Below, one piece after another: positions 10,878-21,078 of a stretch of DNA of 32,856 bases; the stretch's first letter is position 1; every line of letters starts with the position of its first letter. Below the pieces are notes generated by a model. That model searched no databases. It was not told the origin of the DNA and worked only from the letters and a program-made list of their open reading frames with translations. Made by a program: the position numbers and the translations under genes. Source of the stretch: Savitreella phatthalungensis (taxonomy: Eukaryota); the NCBI GenBank assembly GCA_051599415.1, contig AP039700.1, positions 434,001-466,856 of the forward strand. Reading direction: 5' to 3'.

Positions 10878-13373
10878 CTAGAGAAAGCCATCTGTCCCAG
10901 GGATCCAGCCTTTACCGGCATCGAGCGTGCTTTCTCGCAAACCCTGCTGGATACCTCGGTGCAAGGTCTCAAGGAAGCGAGATAACTCGACTGCATCGGC
11001 GTTGCGGTCTTCGATGAGAGCCCCGGCGAACAGAATTTCCGTTCCGTCCAGGCCCTGCCGCGCTAGATATGGCTGGGCAAGTGCACGCGACGGCAGGAAG
11101 CTCGACAGCCAGGCTAGCATATTTCGCAGCTGGATGCTCAATATGCTGCTCGACCCATCGAGCGCAGGCAGATTGCGGACGCGTGATTCTTCAAGCTCCA
11201 CCAGTTGTCCAGACAGGTCGTCGCCAAGTAGGTCTTTGATCGTCTTTGGAGAAACGTCGTTTCGCAACCAGAGGACGGACCACTGACCGTTCACGACAAG
11301 GACTGCGGCGCCCGGCGGAATGGCTCCAAAACTGTTGGCCAAAGCTGGTGGAACGTGAATTTGATCTCCAGCATCGTCTGGAAAGGCCATATGAGGTTTC
11401 AAGCTCGTGAGATCGTAGATACGAGGGCGCAGCAGAAACAGCAGCTCCTTAGTTGGGCTTGTTTGCAACTGGCGCAGATTAGCGACGCGCATGTCGGAAT
11501 TGATTACGTCGGTGCGCAAGGCGTGTTGCTTCTGTAGACCGAGGGCATACAGCGGTAGCTGACGTAAGCTTTCAGGCATCACGAGCAAGCTTTTGTCTGA
11601 GCTGGTGCCACCGTGGCGACGGAAGGCCGTGAGAATCTTGATGCAACGCGCAGTGATGGCAGACTTGATTTCCTTGAGCGTCTTGCGATGTACGTCTGCG
11701 GCAGAGACCCTGGTCAAGTATGTGACAAGTCCGCCCATGTCCGCAGCACGAAGCGCCTCTCCGGGATTGTCAGTGATGGGCAACCTCTTGTGAATCACAC
11801 GGAGGCGGCGACTCCCATCATTAGTCGTGTACAGCACTGCTGCCTGGAGATCTACGCTCGAGCCAGCTGCAACCTTGCCCTCTAGCTCGAGATGGAAGAG
11901 TATGCTCTTGTCCGCATGCAACACACCCATTTCCAGGCTAGATGATGTGCGCGGAATACAACCACCGTAAATTGTCTGCACGGAGACCTTCTCTGAGGTT
12001 CGCAGCTTGATCAGCACATTGTTGCCTTGCTCCCGGCTGCATGCTCGCGTTAAATCGAAGGCGAGACGGCCGGTATCTCTATCCGCGACAAAGTTTGGAT
12101 AGTACAGCGTATCGCCACCAGTCATCGACGGTATGGTTGAGATAGTGGCGACGTCGACATATGCCGCGGGCATGACGAAGATGTCGACACCAACTCCCTT
12201 GCTGACGTATTCCTCCGCCATGTTTTTCCACAAGACGTGTGCGCTGTCGAGCATGGTCTTTTCCTCTGACGTGCCGTACAAGCTCGCGTTCTCCCGCATT
12301 CGCAGCTTTTCGGGGCCCCAAGTTGCCAATGACGACAGGCCAATACAAAGCTTACCACCTGTGCTTTCCAAGCAATGGAGACCTGCTCTCATCATCGCGT
12401 GAAACGCAGGCTCCGGGACAGGGTCTGACACAAAAGCCGACTCGATGCATTGGAGTGTGGCCTCGATGACGTTGGAGTGAACTCCTGGCTCAACAAACAA
12501 ACCATCGTAGAAGGGGAGAAACATGTCCTCCAGATCGCCGACATCGCACATCACAGCGGTCGTGCGGTTCGGGTCGGAGAGATTATAAAACTGGCAGTGT
12601 CGATCGAAGCTGAGAAGGCCGATCTTGCCGGCGAGCCCATTCTCAGCGAGCAGTTTCCGAATTGCAGCGACCATTGAGCGTGTCACGCCCCGTTCAACCG
12701 CTTGTTGGGAGACATCGATCGCGAACAGAGTGTGAAGGGGATGCGGCGCTTTCTTTGCGGTCCAGAAGTCCGGACCCACCAAGTATTCTACAGCGCCATA
12801 GCGGAGCTCTGGGCGGCTTTCAAGATCCTGCCGTAGCCCGGCATAATCTGTCGGCGTGAAGAAATCAGGTGGAGTAACGTTCGAGAAACTGCAGAGGTGA
12901 CAAACAAACCTCGCTCCGCCGTCGATAAACCGCGTGCGCGGGCTGACAAACCCTAGACATCTCGTGCAGCGTACTGGCGATGATTGTGTGACATCTACCA
13001 GGGGAATAGGTTCATCGTCATGACGCAGAGTTGCGAATGGTTGTAACTCCACTGAGAACGGTAATCCGCAGGCTTGCAGGCCGTCGTTGGAGCTTAAGAG
13101 CAGATTCAGCGAGCTGCGGAGCAGCTTCGGATTCGCACAGCCCCCATCGACTGCAGCGAAATCGACGTCTGCAGGTGGTTGTATCGCTGCTGAATCGCCT
13201 GAGACGAAGGGATTCAGACGATAATACGCTTCAAGTCCAATCTCTTCGGCAGGATCTGCCGGCGTCTCATCAACTTCCAGGGCCGCCACCTGCCCGACGA
13301 CAGAATGAACAGATGCGTCAATCAGGTATTGAGCTCTCCGTCTCCCGCGTACGGGTCGATTGTCTGTTGTCAT
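10878..13373 (-). CDS. COPII coat Sec24-family protein (Sfb3/Lst1/SEC24C-D-like)
   Basis: Zinc finger RCTRC...FVCHLC, RPELRYGAVEY, vWA trunk (LFAIDVS, GGK, TGG...YY), beta-sandwich (QAAVLYT..G.RRLRV), helical domain (LVMPESLRQLPLY) and gelsolin-like end. First ATG at 13373 (the ORF track starts at a GTG at 13454). Confidence 0.9.
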   Translation of the reverse strand: MTTDNRPVRGRRRAQYLIDASVHSVVGQVAALEVDETPADPAEEIGLEAYYRLNPFVSGDSAAIQPPADVDFAAVDGGCANPKLLRSSLNLLLSSNDGLQACGLPFSVELQPFATLRHDDEPIPLVDVTQSSPVRCTRCLGFVSPRTRFIDGGARFVCHLCSFSNVTPPDFFTPTDYAGLRQDLESRPELRYGAVEYLVGPDFWTAKKAPHPLHTLFAIDVSQQAVERGVTRSMVAAIRKLLAENGLAGKIGLLSFDRHCQFYNLSDPNRTTAVMCDVGDLEDMFLPFYDGLFVEPGVHSNVIEATLQCIESAFVSDPVPEPAFHAMMRAGLHCLESTGGKLCIGLSSLATWGPEKLRMRENASLYGTSEEKTMLDSAHVLWKNMAEEYVSKGVGVDIFVMPAAYVDVATISTIPSMTGGDTLYYPNFVADRDTGRLAFDLTRACSREQGNNVLIKLRTSEKVSVQTIYGGCIPRTSSSLEMGVLHADKSILFHLELEGKVAAGSSVDLQAAVLYTTNDGSRRLRVIHKRLPITDNPGEALRAADMGGLVTYLTRVSAADVHRKTLKEIKSAITARCIKILTAFRRHGGTSSDKSLLVMPESLRQLPLYALGLQKQHALRTDVINSDMRVANLRQLQTSPTKELLFLLRPRIYDLTSLKPHMAFPDDAGDQIHVPPALANSFGAIPPGAAVLVVNGQWSVLWLRNDVSPKTIKDLLGDDLSGQLVELEESRVRNLPALDGSSSILSIQLRNMLAWLSSFLPSRALAQPYLARQGLDGTEILFAGALIEDRNADAVELSRFLETLHRGIQQGLRESTLDAGKGWIPGTDGFL

Positions 13374-13498
13374 AAGTCCATGTTGCAGGTGGTGTCGCTT
13401 TTGCGTGCGCACAAAAAGGACACGTCGCGAAACGGGAGCCACAATAATGTGCACACTGCGTCACTCATCCGTTTAATTAACCTACAGGATCACTCCAG

Positions 13499-13810
13499 CT
13501 ACTTAGTCTTGGACTTTCCAGCCTGTTTTCGGGCCGTGCGGATCATCACCATCGATATGAAGGACCCAACGAGGCCGCCTCCGACGAGAATGAGGACAAC
13601 AGGTATTCTGATGGCCCACTCGCGCGGCGGAAACAGCTCGTGCAGCGGATGTCCCTGGTCGACGAATGGCATTACAAGCACCCAGGCCGTGTAATAAGCA
13701 AACACAGCCGTAGCGATGAGCAGCATGAGGAGACCAATGAATTTCTGTATGTCAGATATCGAATCCGCCATTTCCCTGGGTCATCAACTTACATCAATAC
13801 CACTCGCCAT
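13499..13810 (-). CDS. DPM2: Dolichol-phosphate mannosyltransferase regulatory subunit DPM2; exon 1 13810-13793, exon 2 13744-13499, 87 aa
   Basis: Two TM helices with F.YYT.W...PF...HP...FPPREWAI.IP. The spliced N-terminus MASGID|KFIG resembles known DPM2 N-termini better than the unspliced ORF start at 13771. Confidence 0.9.
13745..13792 (-). other. 48-nt spliceosomal intron in DPM2
   Basis: On the minus strand: GTAAGT donor, CTGAC branch site, ATACAG acceptor; phase 0. Confidence 0.85.
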
Positions 13811-14206
13811 GTCTAATCATAGACTCTCGGCGATGTGTCTCTGTTGTGCAAGAGCAAATAACTTGCAAATCGCTGTATTGAATGTGCTGCGACGGCCTCT
13901 ACGAGCCTCGAGACGTACGGATGTATGCGTCTGCTGAACCGCGCACAGTGGCGCAACTGCATGTTCGGATTTACTATTTGATCGTCGCTCGAACGTGCAT
14001 CCATGACTGAAAAGCTAGTGGAACCGGAACTAGCATCACTACACAGGACAAAGATTCCTGGCCACGAGAGCACTGGAGCTCGCCTAGGATTGTTGGTGCT
14101 GAGTGAAGACACCCAAAAACTGCTCGGGAGCTCTTCATCGCTGGTGCTCATCATTCGAGAACTCGCAAGTGATCCGCGAGCGTCAGGGACGCCTCAAATC
14201 GCACGA

Positions 14207-15109
14207 ATGAGTGACCTCGACCTAGACGCGATCCGAGACTTCGCTGTTGAGCTTGCAAAACATGCCGGACGGATGATTACGTCTGCGAGAGCGGAGCAAA
14301 GATCTACAGCGAATGCGGCGGAGAAGAAGAATTCCGTAGATCTGGTCACTGAGGTTGATCAGGCCGTCGAGCGCTACGTCACCGATACAATTCGTCAGAA
14401 GTATCCGAATCATCGGTTCATAGGTGAAGAGACTTACTCCGCGTCCGGTGAGACTGCATCCGTGCTGGACAACAGTCCCACCTGGATCGTAGATCCTATT
14501 GACGGCACGACAAACTTCATCCACGGATTTCCATTTGTGGCTATCTCGATTGGCTTCGCCGTCAATCAGCGTCCGACAGTCGGCGTTGTTTACAATCCGT
14601 TTCTAGACTGGATGTATACCGGAATCCTCGGCAGAGGCTCTTTCTTGAATGGCGACCGTTTACCATTGCAGCAACCCGTGCAGCCAATCGGACAGCTCGG
14701 GAATTGCGTCGTCGCCGTCGAGTGGGGAAGTGAAAGAGAAGAGTCAGGTAATCTCAGGGTGAAGTCCGACACGTACTGGAATCTTGCCCGACTGAATGGA
14801 GGTATGGTCCACTCGATTCGCTCCCTAGGTTCGGCAGCGCTGAATCTATGTCAGGTTGCCACGGGAGCAATTGATCTATACGTCGAAGGAGGCATGTGGG
14901 AGTGGGACATTTGTGCCGGGTGGGTGATTCTTATCGAAGCTGGTGGCATAATGACGACGGCGAATCCAGCTGAGCAGGTGGCTGAACCCGGACTGTGCGA
15001 CCGTATGATCCTCGCCTGTCGGGGCAGCACGTCATTAGAGGATCAGCACAATGTGATCCGCGAATACTGGGCACAAAGCGCTGGCAGACTTTCATATCCG
15101 ACCCGCTAG
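14207..15109 (+). CDS. Inositol monophosphatase
   Basis: DLVTEVD, FIGEE, WIVDPIDGTTNF, RSLGSAALNLC.VA.G..D, WEWDICAG..IL.EAGG. Likely ATG at 14207 (ORF extends to 14003). Confidence 0.93.
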   Translation: MSDLDLDAIRDFAVELAKHAGRMITSARAEQRSTANAAEKKNSVDLVTEVDQAVERYVTDTIRQKYPNHRFIGEETYSASGETASVLDNSPTWIVDPIDGTTNFIHGFPFVAISIGFAVNQRPTVGVVYNPFLDWMYTGILGRGSFLNGDRLPLQQPVQPIGQLGNCVVAVEWGSEREESGNLRVKSDTYWNLARLNGGMVHSIRSLGSAALNLCQVATGAIDLYVEGGMWEWDICAGWVILIEAGGIMTTANPAEQVAEPGLCDRMILACRGSTSLEDQHNVIREYWAQSAGRLSYPTR

Positions 15110-15567
15110 CTAGCACGAATGAGAACCTGACCACCTATTCGGCGACTGATGGCCTCTTGAATCTCCATGATCCCTTGATCGGTGCTGATGAAGCAGACCT
15201 CTCCGGGCAGAAGACCTCGCACCATCTCCTTGCCCTTCTTCCCTGCGGCTAGCTCCTCGAGCTCCATGACAGACATCCAGATGCGTCGGGATGGCTTGGA
15301 AACGACGTGACACTTATTCAAAACAGGACGCGCGTCCCGGTATTTGAGTCCAAGCCAGATGCGCCGAGTTGCGATGTTCTCAGGCGTGGTCGCCGTGTAC
15401 ACCTCGTCTGGTCCCTTAAGATCGCCGCGTTGAACAGAAGAAAGGAGCCCCTGCTTATACAGTCCGATAGCGACAGCGAGGTTCATTTTCGAAAGTGGTA
15501 TGCTTGTCATAGCATTACGCGCGCGAGAGGCGTTTTGAAGGTGCGAGGCAACGTGGTGAAGAGGCAT
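15106..15567 (-). CDS. MRPS8: Mitochondrial small ribosomal subunit protein uS8m
   Basis: SHLQNASRA..TSIP, N.ATRR.WLGLKY, VSKPSRRI, ISTDQGIME..EA..R.IGG.VL.R. ATG at 15567, 153 aa. Confidence 0.92.
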   Translation of the reverse strand: MPLHHVASHLQNASRARNAMTSIPLSKMNLAVAIGLYKQGLLSSVQRGDLKGPDEVYTATTPENIATRRIWLGLKYRDARPVLNKCHVVSKPSRRIWMSVMELEELAAGKKGKEMVRGLLPGEVCFISTDQGIMEIQEAISRRIGGQVLIRAS

Positions 15568-15715
15568 TGCTGCACGAACGTCAAGATGGCTTGCTCGTGT
15601 GTCTTGAGCTTGTGCGAGAAAAGAAAAATTGCACACCCGAAATACTGCTGCATGTCTTTCTGCCAACGAAAAAAAGCTACACATCGCGAGACGTCATTGA
15701 CACCACTGAAACAGC

Positions 15716-16912
15716 ATGCGGATATCGAGATCCTGCTGCTTTCGCAAGGCTTTCAGTCCGCGGTTCTCCAGCTCTTTCTCAGCTGCAGTCAGCCATGCGG
15801 CAAGGCTTGTCGAGCACGAGGCTCCCTCGATCAATGATCCTTTGTCGCTCGTTAGAGATGAAATGGGCCTCCTCACCAAGGGCATTCATTCGCTACTTGG
15901 CAGTAAGGATGTGAATCTCGACAGCATAGCAAAATATTACGTGCGAGATGACGGTGCAAAAAGACTGCGTCCGTTGATGGTGCTACTCATATCCAAAGCC
16001 TTGGCCCGAACGCAACAACCCGGCGAGACTGGCCTTGAGAACACCGCAATAACACCGAACGATGTCCTGAACGACAGCAATCCATCTGCTCCGGCTGCTT
16101 CGAGGGCAACGACTAGATTGAATGGTATTTCTGCATCGCAGAACAGGTTGGCGGAGATTACAGAAATGATTCATGCGGCATCTCTACTACACGATGACGT
16201 GATAGATGATTCGCCGACTCGCAGGTCCGCGGCCTCTGCTCATATCGCCTTTTCGCCGAAGATGGCTATCTTGTGTGGCGACTTCATGCTCGGGCGCGCG
16301 TCCGTGGCCTTGGCCCGTCTGCGGCACCCAGAGGTTGTGGAACTCCTCGCTACTGTTATTGCAAACCTGGTCGAGGGCGAATTCATGCAGCTGCGCAATG
16401 AAATCGAACATGGATTCGAGCACACCATGGAGTACTACTTGCAAAAGACATACCTGAAGACCGCTTCTCTGATGGCGAAGTCGTGTCGAGCCGCCGCGAT
16501 TCTCGGAAGCGCAACAGCAGAGCAGATCGACGCAGCCTACTTGTTCGGCAAGAATCTAGGCCTTGGCTTCCAGATCGTGGACGATATGCTCGATTACACA
16601 GCGGGCAACGGCGATCAGCTTGGCAAACCTGCTGGAGCAGATCTGAAGCTAGGTCTGGCGACCGCGCCCGTGTTGTTCGCCTGGCAGGAGCACAGAGAGC
16701 TTGGACCACTAATAGCTCGGAAGTTCTCCAAGCCAGGAGATGTCGAACTGGCGCGTGACCTCAGCGTCAGAAGCAACGGAGTTGCTAAAACTCAGGAGCT
16801 GGCCAGTGGCTTCACGCTGCAGGCCATTTCCCAGCTACGACGACTACCTGAATCAGCAGCACGAGATGCGCTCGAAAGCATTGCACAGAAGCTTCTCACT
16901 CGCACACGGTAG
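15716..16912 (+). CDS. COQ1: Trans-polyprenyl diphosphate synthase for the ubiquinone side chain (Coq1/Dps1)
   Basis: Arg/Ser-rich mitochondrial presequence, KRLRP, EMIH.ASLLHDDVID..RR, YLKTASL, FQIVDDMLD, GKP.GADL.LG.ATAP. Confidence 0.93.
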   Translation: MRISRSCCFRKAFSPRFSSSFSAAVSHAARLVEHEAPSINDPLSLVRDEMGLLTKGIHSLLGSKDVNLDSIAKYYVRDDGAKRLRPLMVLLISKALARTQQPGETGLENTAITPNDVLNDSNPSAPAASRATTRLNGISASQNRLAEITEMIHAASLLHDDVIDDSPTRRSAASAHIAFSPKMAILCGDFMLGRASVALARLRHPEVVELLATVIANLVEGEFMQLRNEIEHGFEHTMEYYLQKTYLKTASLMAKSCRAAAILGSATAEQIDAAYLFGKNLGLGFQIVDDMLDYTAGNGDQLGKPAGADLKLGLATAPVLFAWQEHRELGPLIARKFSKPGDVELARDLSVRSNGVAKTQELASGFTLQAISQLRRLPESAARDALESIAQKLLTRTR

Positions 16913-16926
16913 ATAAGTGTATATAC

Positions 16927-18063
16927 CTACGGCAGAACGTCGTACTTTTCGTCGTCAAGGATCATGGTCTTGATCGCTCCGCTCGCTGGGGTGCTGGCCG
17001 TGTGAAGGGCATCCACGGCTTGCTCGAGCGCATAGCGATGTGTTACGAGAGGCTTGAGGTTGATCAGACCCTCCGATACTAGTCTGATTGCGCGCGGCCA
17101 GGTCTCGTGGTATCTATACTGGAATCGTAGCTCAATTTCGTGCGCCGAAAGGTGCATGAACGGGACGTCCATACTGTCTTTGCCGACGCCAATGACGAAG
17201 ACACGGCCACCGAAACGGCACGAGTAAATCGCAGTATGTACTGAGCTTTGAATGCCGGTACAGTCGACTGCAAGCTTGACTCCGAGCGCGCCCTCCTCGT
17301 TGCCGGGGCCGAGGTAGCTGCGAATCTCTCCCGCAACGTCCTGAGGCACTGCGTCATGGCTGACAAGCACGGTTTTAGCCTGCGGCACGAGCTTCTTGGC
17401 GAATTCTAGACGGCCTTTATCAATGTCGGTGATGATGATCGGACACGCGCCTGCAGCTCGGCAGCATAATAAAGTGACAAGCCCGATAGGTCCGGCACCA
17501 CAGATGAGGACTTCGTCGCCGAGCCTCACCTCGGCACGCTCAAGGCCAGCAAGAGCGACACTAAGAGGCTCAAGCATGGAGCCTTCTTCATACGAGATGT
17601 TGTCGGGAATTTTGTGAAGCCACCCTTGAGGGTGCAAGTGGTACCTCGTCAAAAGTCCGTGCACCGGAGGAGTAGAGTAGAACGTCACATCTGGACAAGC
17701 ATTGTATCGTCCCGTCCGACAGAAATGACAAGTCGCCTTACCGCAAGGCACTCCTGGCTCTATTGCGACTCGATCACCTGCCTGGAAAGCAGTCACTTCT
17801 GGACCTACAGCGAGAACGATGCCCGAAGACTCGTGACCGAGACCGTGGTCGCCTCTGACTACCATGGTCGGACCGATCTGTCCGTGCTTCCAGAAGTGTA
17901 CGTCGGAGCCGCACACGCCAGTTGCACGTACGTGGACCAAGACCTGTTCGCCCTGCGGCATGGGAACCTCGTTCGTAACCATCTTGAGTTTGTGATCGAC
18001 CGTAGTATAGCATGCTGGGGATGTCAGCGTTTCCGTGGTTGCCATATTGTCAGTATCTGACAT
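16927..18063 (-). CDS. Zn-dependent polyol dehydrogenase, L-arabinitol 4-dehydrogenase-like (MDR family)
   Basis: GVCGSDVHFW, GHES, structural Zn C..C..C...C (PCGKATCHFC...NAC), GAGPIGL, FQYRY..TWPRAIRLV. Exact substrate cannot be determined from sequence. Confidence 0.85.
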   Translation of the reverse strand: MSDTDNMATTETLTSPACYTTVDHKLKMVTNEVPMPQGEQVLVHVRATGVCGSDVHFWKHGQIGPTMVVRGDHGLGHESSGIVLAVGPEVTAFQAGDRVAIEPGVPCGKATCHFCRTGRYNACPDVTFYSTPPVHGLLTRYHLHPQGWLHKIPDNISYEEGSMLEPLSVALAGLERAEVRLGDEVLICGAGPIGLVTLLCCRAAGACPIIITDIDKGRLEFAKKLVPQAKTVLVSHDAVPQDVAGEIRSYLGPGNEEGALGVKLAVDCTGIQSSVHTAIYSCRFGGRVFVIGVGKDSMDVPFMHLSAHEIELRFQYRYHETWPRAIRLVSEGLINLKPLVTHRYALEQAVDALHTASTPASGAIKTMILDDEKYDVLP

Positions 18064-18268
18064 GTTGGTCTTGCGACACTTCTAGCTTAAATCATGTCTG
18101 ACAGATCGAAGATCAGCATTATCCCGCATTTTTCTCTCATGCACAGGCGGATCCTAAATAAGTGCAATTTAGCCGGTGGCGGCCTGCGTGGGGAATTGAT
18201 TGGTGTGTGCAAATTTCCTGAGCTCCTAGACTTTAATTACGATTGCTGGGATGATTCGTCTGGCTACG

Positions 18269-19858
18269 CTAGGTAATCAAAGAGTTAACACTCATCGAGT
18301 GACCAGACGGACTGTCTGCAGTTTTGCCTGGTAAGTTATACCTCCGCTGGGTGGCATCAAAGACTGGTAGTGACCTGACCGGCACACCGGGCAGAGGATC
18401 GCCTTTCTCGAGCGCCTCGCGCTCCTTCTCCACGAGCTCGGACCTCAATTCCTCCACAGCGTCGTGTACCTGATCTGTGATAGGGATCCTGGAGGTGTCT
18501 ATGGCGGGATTGAGTATAGCCTTAGCGAGCAATTTTGCCCGATGCAGCTCGTCCTGGGGTCCCGATTGAGCGGCCCTGTTCAACTTGTAGCGCTCACGGC
18601 GGCGCCGAGCCGCAGCCTTTTGTTCCTCCGTCTGTGGTCGACGCTTTGCGTGGCCTGGTGTATCGCCAGCAGTGCTCGAGGGCGCGGGAGAGTCTGCCGG
18701 TACAGGTTCCGGTGTGGGCGTGCTCGGGATTGCTAAAGATACAGATTGAGAGACTCCCGGAGACGATGGTCTGCTGGGCGCAGCGACACTTGCCGATGGT
18801 GAAGATGTTGCGGCAGCTGCCAAGAGGGCCTTCGCCTTTTTTGCTGCCCTCTGCTCGCGCCGCATAGCCGCGCGGCGAGCCAAAACCTCAGGTGGCGCCC
18901 GTGGTCGGACTCGTTTGGCTTCATTCGAGGTAGTCACAGAGAGGTTTGCATCGGTCGGCGTAGCCGGCGCTGAGCTCACGGGTGGAAGCTCATGGGCATT
19001 GTCATGCGCAATGACCGCTGTCTGGGAGGCAGGGCGTTCTATAGAGGCGACGTTCGACGTAGGCGTGTGCTGTTTCGCCGAGGGTGTAGTCGGAGTGGTC
19101 AAAGAAAGTACTGGTGCAGTGTTTGCCGCTACTGTCTCGTCTGCCGATGTCTCTTGTCGCTGGTCTGTAGCTTCGACTATGGCAGCACGATGCTCTACTT
19201 CTCGTGCCCGACGCTCTGCTTCTTGTGCCCGTCGCTTGTTCTCCTCATTTTCTTCGAGCTCTTTCTGACGCTCGATCTCTTTTTGTCGCTCTGCAATGCT
19301 TGCAGCACGCTCTGCCGTCGCTTTGACCCTCGAAGATGGCAACCTGGGAGGACGCTTGCGCTTCCTCGTCGAACGCCCAGGAGCTTTTTCGACCTTGGCG
19401 CGTTCACCCTCTGGGACAAGAGGACCGTGCCAGACGAAGAATCCGTCTTTGGCAGTCGCAGCTGTCGCTTGCAAATTAAGCTCGTCATCATCAATAAAAG
19501 GATCCTCGGTGTCATAGTACTCAATATCAGTTCTTCTCTTCTTCTTCTTTGGTCGTCGCGGCTGCCGACCTAATTCGTGCGCGGATGATTCCGCACCGGC
19601 CTCCTCTCCAGATCCAGCATCGCGCTCGCTCTCAGAACCACCTTCATCTTCGTCACTGTCTAGTCGGTTGAGGGCACGAAAGCGCGCTTCCACTGGGTGC
19701 ACGGCAGCCCAGCCATACTGGCGTTCGGCAAGCTGCATAAAATCCACACTGACAGAGTCGTTATTGAGCGGGATGTCGATGACAATGGTCGGCAAACGCT
19801 TCTTGCCCCCTGAAGCCCCATTCGTGGAAGCAGTACGGCTGCTGGACAGGAGCTCCAT
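18269..19858 (-). CDS. HPC2: HIR histone chaperone complex subunit Hpc2/Hip4 (HUN/HRD domain)
   Basis: YD.EDPFIDD.EL......KDGFFV..GPL HUN motif, preceded by the IVIDIPL...F..LAE..YG motif; long disordered C-terminus. Confidence 0.82.
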   Translation of the reverse strand: MELLSSSRTASTNGASGGKKRLPTIVIDIPLNNDSVSVDFMQLAERQYGWAAVHPVEARFRALNRLDSDEDEGGSESERDAGSGEEAGAESSAHELGRQPRRPKKKKRRTDIEYYDTEDPFIDDDELNLQATAATAKDGFFVWHGPLVPEGERAKVEKAPGRSTRKRKRPPRLPSSRVKATAERAASIAERQKEIERQKELEENEENKRRAQEAERRAREVEHRAAIVEATDQRQETSADETVAANTAPVLSLTTPTTPSAKQHTPTSNVASIERPASQTAVIAHDNAHELPPVSSAPATPTDANLSVTTSNEAKRVRPRAPPEVLARRAAMRREQRAAKKAKALLAAAATSSPSASVAAPSRPSSPGVSQSVSLAIPSTPTPEPVPADSPAPSSTAGDTPGHAKRRPQTEEQKAAARRRRERYKLNRAAQSGPQDELHRAKLLAKAILNPAIDTSRIPITDQVHDAVEELRSELVEKEREALEKGDPLPGVPVRSLPVFDATQRRYNLPGKTADSPSGHSMSVNSLIT

Positions 19859-19938
19859 TCGTCCCCGGCCACGGCACTCTAGTCTGCACTTATCCCGATA
19901 AAACTCGACTCATCGTCCCGTAAATTCATATCTTTTTT

Positions 19939-21078
19939 TTATACACGCTGACGCTTGCTTTTTCCCGGACGATGTGCACCACGGCCTCCGCCACGGCGGC
20001 TGAATCCGCGTTCCCCGCGACCTGCACCCATGCCGCCTCGCCGAGCTCCGCCAAAGTCTAGTGTACTCTCAGAAGTGTTGCTCTTGGAGAATCGCTTTTT
20101 CCCGCCGTAGCCGAATTTAGCATTCCGCTGGTCGCGCGAGCGTGAACCCTTCTTGTCGCCCTTGTTCGCGACTGCCTCGTCCAGAGCGATGTCAAAATCA
20201 TCGTTCCCCTCCAGCGCAATGTCGCTGCCAGCCCCGCGCTTCCGCTTTAACTGCTTGAGCTTGTCATCTAGCTCACGCTTCTGCTTCTGCCGTTGCAGCT
20301 GTTTATCAACCTGGACCTGCTTGCCGAACTTCTTCAGCTCACGTTGACGTTTTGCCTCAGCGGACAGCTTCTTCGATGTCGCTTCCTTGACCAACTCGCG
20401 CTGAACCTTCTCCATGTGCGCGTCGCTCTTCACCATCTCGGCAAAGTAGTCGGCCGGCCGAGACCAAGGAGCGCCCTCGTCCAGGACCAGTTGACGTGCC
20501 TTCCGGGCGTGCAAAAGACCCTGTTTGTAGAACGCAAGCTCGCGGTTCAGGTCGTCATTCACATCTTGGATCTCTACAGCCTCGTCTGTGGTCAAGACCT
20601 GATGCAAGCTGAACTCAGCTGGCGGCAGGATACGAATACGATCAAGCGCAGCCTGCAATGCCCTCGTGTTGTTGATTGTCTCACGTATGCGTGTCTGCAC
20701 GTCTCCAGCATCCCGGTCAAGAGACTCCACGTCGGAAAGCGCAACCTCGTCAGCCTCAGCTTCCTCATCTGAGAGAGCCTCGAGAGCGTCCACATCGGCC
20801 ATGCTCGCTAGAGATGCCACGTTTACCTCATCGACACTGCTATCTGAGTCATCCGACACAAGCAGGTCACTGTCGTCCTCATTCAATATCTCTGCAAGCT
20901 CGCTGTAGTCTTCCTCAGACGACGCTTCATCGAATCCGCCGACGTTCTCCAGACTTGCGCCGGTGATCAAATGCGCGCTCGTCGGCCGATCAACCGCTTC
21001 GTCCACGTCTGCGTCAACGAAGGCTTCGGCAACCTTTCGCGAAGTTGCATTTGGGCCTTTGCCCCGTCTGCCAACCAT
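19939..21078 (-). CDS. EBP2: rRNA-processing protein Ebp2
   Basis: Acidic N-terminus, DVNDDLNRELAFYKQ, RP.DYFAEMVKSD.HM.K, KKFGKQVQ, K(F)GYGGKKR..KSN, RPGKS.R. Confidence 0.95.
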   Translation of the reverse strand: MVGRRGKGPNATSRKVAEAFVDADVDEAVDRPTSAHLITGASLENVGGFDEASSEEDYSELAEILNEDDSDLLVSDDSDSSVDEVNVASLASMADVDALEALSDEEAEADEVALSDVESLDRDAGDVQTRIRETINNTRALQAALDRIRILPPAEFSLHQVLTTDEAVEIQDVNDDLNRELAFYKQGLLHARKARQLVLDEGAPWSRPADYFAEMVKSDAHMEKVQRELVKEATSKKLSAEAKRQRELKKFGKQVQVDKQLQRQKQKRELDDKLKQLKRKRGAGSDIALEGNDDFDIALDEAVANKGDKKGSRSRDQRNAKFGYGGKKRFSKSNTSESTLDFGGARRGGMGAGRGERGFSRRGGGRGAHRPGKSKRQRV

